Shown: piece by piece, positions 59,151 through 64,000 of the stretch
Position numbering within the stretch: the stretch's first letter is position 1
How the letters are laid out: each line of letters begins with the position of its first letter
From: a virus
Length of the DNA: 64,000 nucleotides
Direction: 5' to 3' (one strand)
Virus record (IMG/VR): IMGVR_UViG_3300029448_007456
Location: 32,001-96,000 of that record
Made by a program: the position numbers and the translations under genes
The notes under the pieces: generated by a model
Told to the model about the DNA's origin: nothing
The model's input: only the letters and a program-made list of their open reading frames with translations
Databases searched by the model: none

Positions 59151-59489
59151 TTAGGTTCGTTTGATGCCTTTGATTTTTCTTGCTTTGGCTCTTCTCAGCG
59201 GATTAACTTTCTTCAGAATTTTTGTGACAGGTGATGTTCTCATTGTTCTTGCTCGTTTGAATGATGCCTGACCTGCTTTTCTCTTTCTGGTCATCTTCGC
59301 CGCAATTCTTTTAGCAACATCAATGGGTTTGTTGCAGGTGGCAGGGTCTGCCACAATACGGCCTTTGCGTGGTCCTGATGTGCAACGAAACTTTCTTTTG
59401 ATCTTGGGGGCAGAAGTGCCCTGTCTATCACGGGCAAACACACCTCTGGATGCTTCTTCAACACCTTCGAACAGTTCATAGACTTTCAT
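59151..59489 (-). CDS. Highly basic protein with acidic leader (paralog of 52274-52558)
   Basis: MKVYELFEGVEE...RKFRCTSGPRKGRIVADP..C.KPI. Confidence 0.65.
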   Translation of the reverse strand: MKVYELFEGVEEASRGVFARDRQGTSAPKIKRKFRCTSGPRKGRIVADPATCNKPIDVAKRIAAKMTRKRKAGQASFKRARTMRTSPVTKILKKVNPLRRAKARKIKGIKRT

Positions 59490-59531
59490 CAATATATTTA
59501 TTGGCTTCAGGACACACGTCAGTATTACTTG

Positions 59532-59590
59532 TCAGTATGGCTTCAGTATGGCTTCAGTATGGCTTCAGTATGGCTTCAGTATGGCTTCAG
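59532..59590. repeat. 11-bp tandem repeat (TCAGTATGGCT) x5 plus a partial unit
   Basis: Five exact units at 59532-59586. Confidence 0.95.
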
Positions 59591-59727
59591 GACATATGCC
59601 ATACACTGATCACACACATGATTGATAGGGATATGAAAATTGCTATGGCCAGATAGAGGTCCCAATATATTTTCAAATCTGGCAGTAATATTTTATTACT
59701 CCATCGTCGTAATATTTTATTACTCAT
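59587..59727 (-). CDS. Small membrane protein (46 aa, not in track)
   Basis: GGAGG RBS; MSNKILRRWSNKILL... internal duplication; TM helix. Confidence 0.45.
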   Translation of the reverse strand: MSNKILRRWSNKILLPDLKIYWDLYLAIAIFISLSIMCVISVWHMS

Positions 59728-59799
59728 TTTTAGTCCTCCTGTCTATTGGCAAGGCGTGAGGTGCCCTGTGAATATGCTTCACATCGACCTCCATGGTAT

Positions 59800-60996
59800 C
59801 TACAGTTTAAATTCATGTTTGAATCTGTCAACCACGTGATAGGTCCAAAAGATTGTGGGTCTGTTGGTGGTCAGTGTCAAGGCCTCTGATAAGATTTTCA
59901 ATTGAGGTTTGAACAGTTCCAACCAATGATTGATGTCCATGGCCAGGTGATGATTGTGTTGTATGGCAGATACATTTTCACGCCAAAGAGTTTCAATTGC
60001 CTCATGGTCTGTGATTAATTCTTTGTTCAGTTCACAACCACCTATGGTTTGATAATATCTATCAAGTGAATCCAGATGATCAGTGTGAAAACAATTGGCA
60101 AAGGTTTCTAATCCCAATTGGTGATATAGATCAAAAACTTTATAATTGCCAAACTGTAGAACCAAAGTCCCACCTGCAAATGATTCCCAAGTTTTTTCTC
60201 CAACATCTGTGTTGAGAGTGATGTCTTGCGGTTCAGTTTGCAGAGATAGATAGGATGTCAATTTATACTGTGGTATCAATAAATTTATGCCAGTATCAAA
60301 TCTCCTATAAGGAAATTCCTCTGGTTGTGATATGATGACGTCATCTTCTTGCAGTCGTCTCTCAACAGAATCTCTCTCAATGTAATTGCAACCACCATTG
60401 TCACTTGCAACAATGCGCCAAGATCTTGGCTTGTTGGTGATGGGTTTGCGGATTAGATCATTCCATTGCACGGGAAGATTCTTGCGAGGTGACACGTGAC
60501 TTCTATTGGCATACGAAGAATAATCAATCACTGGTTTAATCATAGATAGATCACTTTCTTCAGGTTTGGTGTAAGTCAACTGGTCCAGCGGATAATTTTT
60601 TGCCAACCAATGCTCCAACAAGATGCGATTGATTCTATTCCTACCACCAAGATGATTAACAGTGAATCGTCTCGAGGATTGCCAATCAACAGGCACATCC
60701 TGGCGGTCTTTTATCATGGTTGCAGGCCACATAAATGTCAGCGGAATCCAGATCACATTGTCACAGTCATCAAGAGATGTCCTGTAGTGATCAAGAAAGA
60801 ACACACAATTAGGATATTGTTTGACCAACTGATCCAGCAGATGAGGCTGACCTTGGAGATACTGTTTGGCACGGGGACCTCCTGTGGTTTCAGTGTTGGT
60901 ATGATCAATCACTACCACATATTTGGTGGTGGATGTAATGCCCTGCAGAATCTCATCATCCGTCATAGTAGGCCATAATATAAAAGTCTCTGCCAT
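59800..60996 (-). CDS. Hypothetical protein (possibly glycan-modifying)
   Basis: Long ORF; TE...EKTW..F..G pattern is only suggestive. Confidence 0.5.
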   Translation of the reverse strand: MAETFILWPTMTDDEILQGITSTTKYVVVIDHTNTETTGGPRAKQYLQGQPHLLDQLVKQYPNCVFFLDHYRTSLDDCDNVIWIPLTFMWPATMIKDRQDVPVDWQSSRRFTVNHLGGRNRINRILLEHWLAKNYPLDQLTYTKPEESDLSMIKPVIDYSSYANRSHVSPRKNLPVQWNDLIRKPITNKPRSWRIVASDNGGCNYIERDSVERRLQEDDVIISQPEEFPYRRFDTGINLLIPQYKLTSYLSLQTEPQDITLNTDVGEKTWESFAGGTLVLQFGNYKVFDLYHQLGLETFANCFHTDHLDSLDRYYQTIGGCELNKELITDHEAIETLWRENVSAIQHNHHLAMDINHWLELFKPQLKILSEALTLTTNRPTIFWTYHVVDRFKHEFKL

Positions 60997-61158
60997 ACTT
61001 TAATTATTGATCAACTGATCACAGTGAATCCCCATTCTGAAAGGATTCTGATGCCTGTGACTGTGATGGATACTGCCTCAATTAATATTAATGTTCCTAT
61101 AAATGCTATTGTTTCCATATCTGTATTATGAAGTCTTATAATAATATGTCAACAGGGG

Positions 61159-61189
61159 TTGACGAATTTGAACATGGACTTATTATAAT
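61159..61189 (+). promoter_or_regulatory. sigma70-type early promoter, back-to-back with a minus-strand promoter
   Basis: TTGACG...TATTATAAT; divergent TTGACA-N16-CATAAT on the minus strand. Confidence 0.6.
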
Positions 61190-61206
61190 ATGTATAAACC
61201 AGGAGG

Positions 61207-61644
61207 TTGAACATGACAATGAGTTATAAGACTAAACAAACAGACACTTTCACACAATTTGTGAAGGGTGACGACAATCCAGTATTTGCTGATAGATTGG
61301 CAAAACTACAAGAAGGCATTGTGATCATCATGAATGAACACAAATTAAGATATAAACACCTTGCAGAAAGAAACGCCAGAATAGAATACAACACAGGCAA
61401 GAGATACATCAAAATGATCTACTTGGATGGTGGATCCTACTCACGCAGAGTGCATGGCTTCATCGACAGGACCAATGGTGATGTGTTGATGCCCGCTGGC
61501 TGGAATGCTCCTGCCAAGTCAGGTGCTAGAGGTAATATATGGAATGATGACTATGGATTGAATGCCATGAATGAATATGGTGTGAACTACAAAGGTCATG
61601 TTTCCAACAATGATTGGATCGTGGAGATTGTAAATGAAGGATAA
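61207..61644 (+). CDS. Conserved-looking early phage protein
   Basis: AGGAGG RBS; G.RYIK...VH.FID...GD.L.PA.W.APAK..RGNI. Confidence 0.65.
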   Translation: MNMTMSYKTKQTDTFTQFVKGDDNPVFADRLAKLQEGIVIIMNEHKLRYKHLAERNARIEYNTGKRYIKMIYLDGGSYSRRVHGFIDRTNGDVLMPAGWNAPAKSGARGNIWNDDYGLNAMNEYGVNYKGHVSNNDWIVEIVNEG

Positions 61645-61999
61645 TAAGAAAACTTTTTTTTATCAAACAGTGAAATGGGCCACTTGGTTCTGGGCCTTGT
61701 TTGGTATGGCCACGATAATATATGCCTACACCTTGTTATGGGACTTCAAACAACACGCCGAAACCTACAACGACTTTAATGCAGTTCAATTGTCATGGGA
61801 AAAACCATACATCAGTGAATTAGAGTCATGGCACGTGGTGGTCGACTACTGTATGGATGAGGCCTGTGGCCGAATGCAAGGCGCAGACATTTATCACAGT
61901 AAGGACATCTGTGATGTCAACAGACAAGAAATTGTGGCAGATACCATAGATGTAGGAGGAGTTTGGGCCTACAGATGTGTTGAAAAACAAGACATTTAA
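61634..61999 (+). CDS. Membrane-anchored hypothetical protein
   Basis: N-terminal TM helix; GGAG RBS. Confidence 0.55.
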   Translation: MKDNKKTFFYQTVKWATWFWALFGMATIIYAYTLLWDFKQHAETYNDFNAVQLSWEKPYISELESWHVVVDYCMDEACGRMQGADIYHSKDICDVNRQEIVADTIDVGGVWAYRCVEKQDI

Positions 62000-62065
62000 C
62001 ATGGTTGACAGATTACCAACAGGAAATATAATAGTATTATCAAACAAAGACAAAGGAGGTCGTGT

Positions 62066-62359
62066 ATGATACAAAAATACAACTTTAAAAGAGGCGAACT
62101 TATCACAGCCATTCACGAGATGAGCAGAGATGACTTAGACTTAGTCGTTGAAGCCGTGAAGTTGAGAAGAACTTATCTTCACAAACAGAATGCCAGAGAA
62201 ATGCAGATAGGTGACTATGTGGAGTTTGATGGCAAACATGGCATGTCCATGAAAGGCAAAGTCGTCAAGAAGGCAATCAAATATCTCAACGTCGATTGCA
62301 CCATGCATGGTGGATCTATTTGGAGAGTGCCAGCAGGTGCATTAAGGAAAGTGGCATAA
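62066..62359 (+). CDS. Early hypothetical protein (SH3-like C-terminus)
   Basis: TTGACA-N16-TATAAT promoter and AGGAGG RBS; IGD.V.F...G.V.K...WRVP. Confidence 0.6.
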   Translation: MIQKYNFKRGELITAIHEMSRDDLDLVVEAVKLRRTYLHKQNAREMQIGDYVEFDGKHGMSMKGKVVKKAIKYLNVDCTMHGGSIWRVPAGALRKVA

Positions 62360-62574
62360 TGCTGATTAAAATCAACGACGACATCAAGGTGGGGCCCCTA
62401 GAGGGCACCATCACTTCTATCTCAATCGGAGTCACACAAGGCGATCCAGCAGGTGAACTTGGCCCCAAGGCAGTTGAATATGACACTGAACTAGGTTATC
62501 AAGGTGCAGTCACTTACATCACAAGAGCAGGCGACAGCAAGTGGGCCTACTTTAGACAGATTGAAGAAGCATGA
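62359..62574 (+). CDS. Hypothetical protein
   Basis: TAATG coupling with the previous gene. Confidence 0.5.
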   Translation: MLIKINDDIKVGPLEGTITSISIGVTQGDPAGELGPKAVEYDTELGYQGAVTYITRAGDSKWAYFRQIEEA

Positions 62575-62693
62575 GTCATCCTGGCAACGATGAATTGATG
62601 GAAAGATATTATGATGAAGGCCTTGACCTTGGTCTATCAGAAGAGGAAGCAGAAAAATATGCCCAAGAAAAATTCGAACAAGAATCCTACTAA
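62571..62693 (+). CDS. Small acidic protein (40 aa, not in track)
   Basis: MSHPGNDELMERYYDEGLDLGLSEEEAEKYAQEKFEQESY; ATGA overlap. Confidence 0.5.
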   Translation: MSHPGNDELMERYYDEGLDLGLSEEEAEKYAQEKFEQESY

Positions 62694-63012
62694 GGACGAA
62701 GGTGTTTATACTGTGGACTCAGACAAACTGTCTTATGGCTATGTTTCAGGCACATATCGAGATCAAGGTTGCATCACAGTGACATTCAATGATAGAGTGC
62801 AACAAGCATGGCATCCTCATCACAATCACAAAGGCGGTGACTTCAAAATCAAGCCAGAATTGATTGTGGACTTCTTGCAGAAGATAGGAGTCACTTTACA
62901 TTTTCACACAGACCGAAAACATTCATACTGTAATAAAATTGAATTGAAGCCATGGTCTGAATTTGAACAAACTTTGAGACAATCAATTGACAAAAACAAA
63001 GAATACAATTAA
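62659..63012 (+). CDS. Hypothetical protein
   Basis: Start re-placed at MPKKNS. Confidence 0.5.
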   Translation: MPKKNSNKNPTKDEGVYTVDSDKLSYGYVSGTYRDQGCITVTFNDRVQQAWHPHHNHKGGDFKIKPELIVDFLQKIGVTLHFHTDRKHSYCNKIELKPWSEFEQTLRQSIDKNKEYN

Positions 63013-63021
63013 AATATAATC

Positions 63022-63249
63022 ATGGCTATCATTATACAAAAAAATCAAAAGTTTTTTGATGAAGTGTCCAAGTTCAATCCTAAACTTGCAAGACTTTTGG
63101 AGCATGAACATGGATGGACAGATAAATTAGTGCATAGGAGTGACGATGGAAGTATACCACAACCCAGAAGACGACAAGAAGGAACTAAAGCGATTGCAGA
63201 TGATGATCCGATTAAAAACTTGGTTCCAGACAAGATGGGAAGAAATTAA
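63022..63249 (+). CDS. Hypothetical protein
   Basis: ORF. Confidence 0.5.
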   Translation: MAIIIQKNQKFFDEVSKFNPKLARLLEHEHGWTDKLVHRSDDGSIPQPRRRQEGTKAIADDDPIKNLVPDKMGRN

Positions 63250-63410
63250 ATCCTTATGTGGTGGCTTGAAGCCATAGGAGCCACACTACTCTTAGGAGCC
63301 ATTATTGTATTAAACTGTTTGGTTTTATTCGATGATGGCAAACGCAATGGGTCGAAGTCCCGCAAGGACTAAGCAACAAATTTCATTCGACCTCCAATCA
63401 ATGAAAGCAA

Positions 63411-63438
63411 GGCTCGGAACTAATCTTCCGGGCCTTTG
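63411..63438 (+). terminator. Terminator-like hairpin
   Basis: GGCTCGGAA/TTCCGGGCC followed by TTTG. Confidence 0.55.
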
Positions 63439-63457
63439 TCATCTATAAGTATTTTTT

Positions 63458-64000
63458 ATGAACCTAGACAGCATAGATCTTATCAAATTGACTGACGTGC
63501 AAAGACTTAAACTCAATTTAAGATTGCCAAAACCAGATCAAGAAATCATAGGCGATATGTCAGTTTTGCCTATGACCTTGCTAATGGGATGTCAAATAAA
63601 AATTTTGCCTGAAAATGATCTCAGGCAATGGTTGAAAAAAGAAAATTGTTTTTTATTGGATGGTAAAAAAATATCATATCCTAGTTTTTCAAATGACGCC
63701 AGTGATGCCACACAAGATTTTATTGACATAGGTGGAGATCACTTTTGTATAGGTGACTCAAGTTTGGGTGGGAGATATAAAAATCACGTTGACAGTTTTT
63801 ATCCTTCAACATTTTTTGGATTTAGTGAAAAAAATTTATTAGATATACCAATTGAGCAAAGACAAGGCTGGTGTTGCACGGTGTCAAAAAGACGTCCCAC
63901 GAGAGATTGTATAATTGATATTATAAAATCCAAACATATGAACAAATTCCAAGGTAATGAATGGCTATGCTATGATGGTATCGATGAAAGTCAAAAAGAG
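63458..64000 (+). CDS. Hypothetical protein, runs off the window end
   Basis: Open frame from ATG 63458 to the end; TATAAGTA 6 nt upstream. Confidence 0.5.
   Translation, partial: MNLDSIDLIKLTDVQRLKLNLRLPKPDQEIIGDMSVLPMTLLMGCQIKILPENDLRQWLKKENCFLLDGKKISYPSFSNDASDATQDFIDIGGDHFCIGDSSLGGRYKNHVDSFYPSTFFGFSEKNLLDIPIEQRQGWCCTVSKRRPTRDCIIDIIKSKHMNKFQGNEWLCYDGIDESQKE

Noticed and set aside
59532-59590. CRISPR array
   Set aside because: The units are 11 bp and contiguous with no spacers, and no cas genes are present.
1-64000. Bacterial chromosome origin for the window
   Set aside because: Host-like genes are isolated from their usual operons (no pstCAB, tonB, ribosomal cluster or adjacent clpP-clpX) and are mixed with TAAATA promoters, a phage-type ligase and virion-like genes.

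Overview
This is a 64-kb segment of a large, AT-rich dsDNA tailed-phage genome (T4-like/jumbo myovirus type). It has TAAATA late-type promoters, sigma70-type promoters, an ATP-dependent DNA ligase, class Ia nrdAB and virion-like proteins. The host is very likely a marine alphaproteobacterium, judged from the alpha-type two-piece tmRNA and the DUF3553- and zf-CHCC-like small proteins. Most genes lie on the minus strand, and a plus-strand early-type block starts at about 61.2 kb. Host-derived modules are dense. (i) Translation and proteostasis: IF-1, bS21, a strongly minimised permuted tmRNA (tag AEETLALAA), ClpP, ClpX, ClpS and an Hsp20 with a ROSE-like thermometer. (ii) Vitamin B12: a Cbl-II riboswitch, btuB, a DUF6580-like membrane protein and two B12-binding radical SAM enzymes. 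(iii) Nutrient uptake: PstS with a Pho box, a porin and a betaine-type binding protein. (iv) Five paralogous 2OG-Fe(II)-type dioxygenases, two of which share an unrecognised structured leader. (v) A curli-type operon (csgF, csgG, curlin proteins including a PA14-curlin fusion, FecR) with a CHASE2 adenylate cyclase. There is also an orphan structured RNA of about 210 nt, and many genes appear leaderless. All calls come from motif recognition and manual folding; no database search was run.
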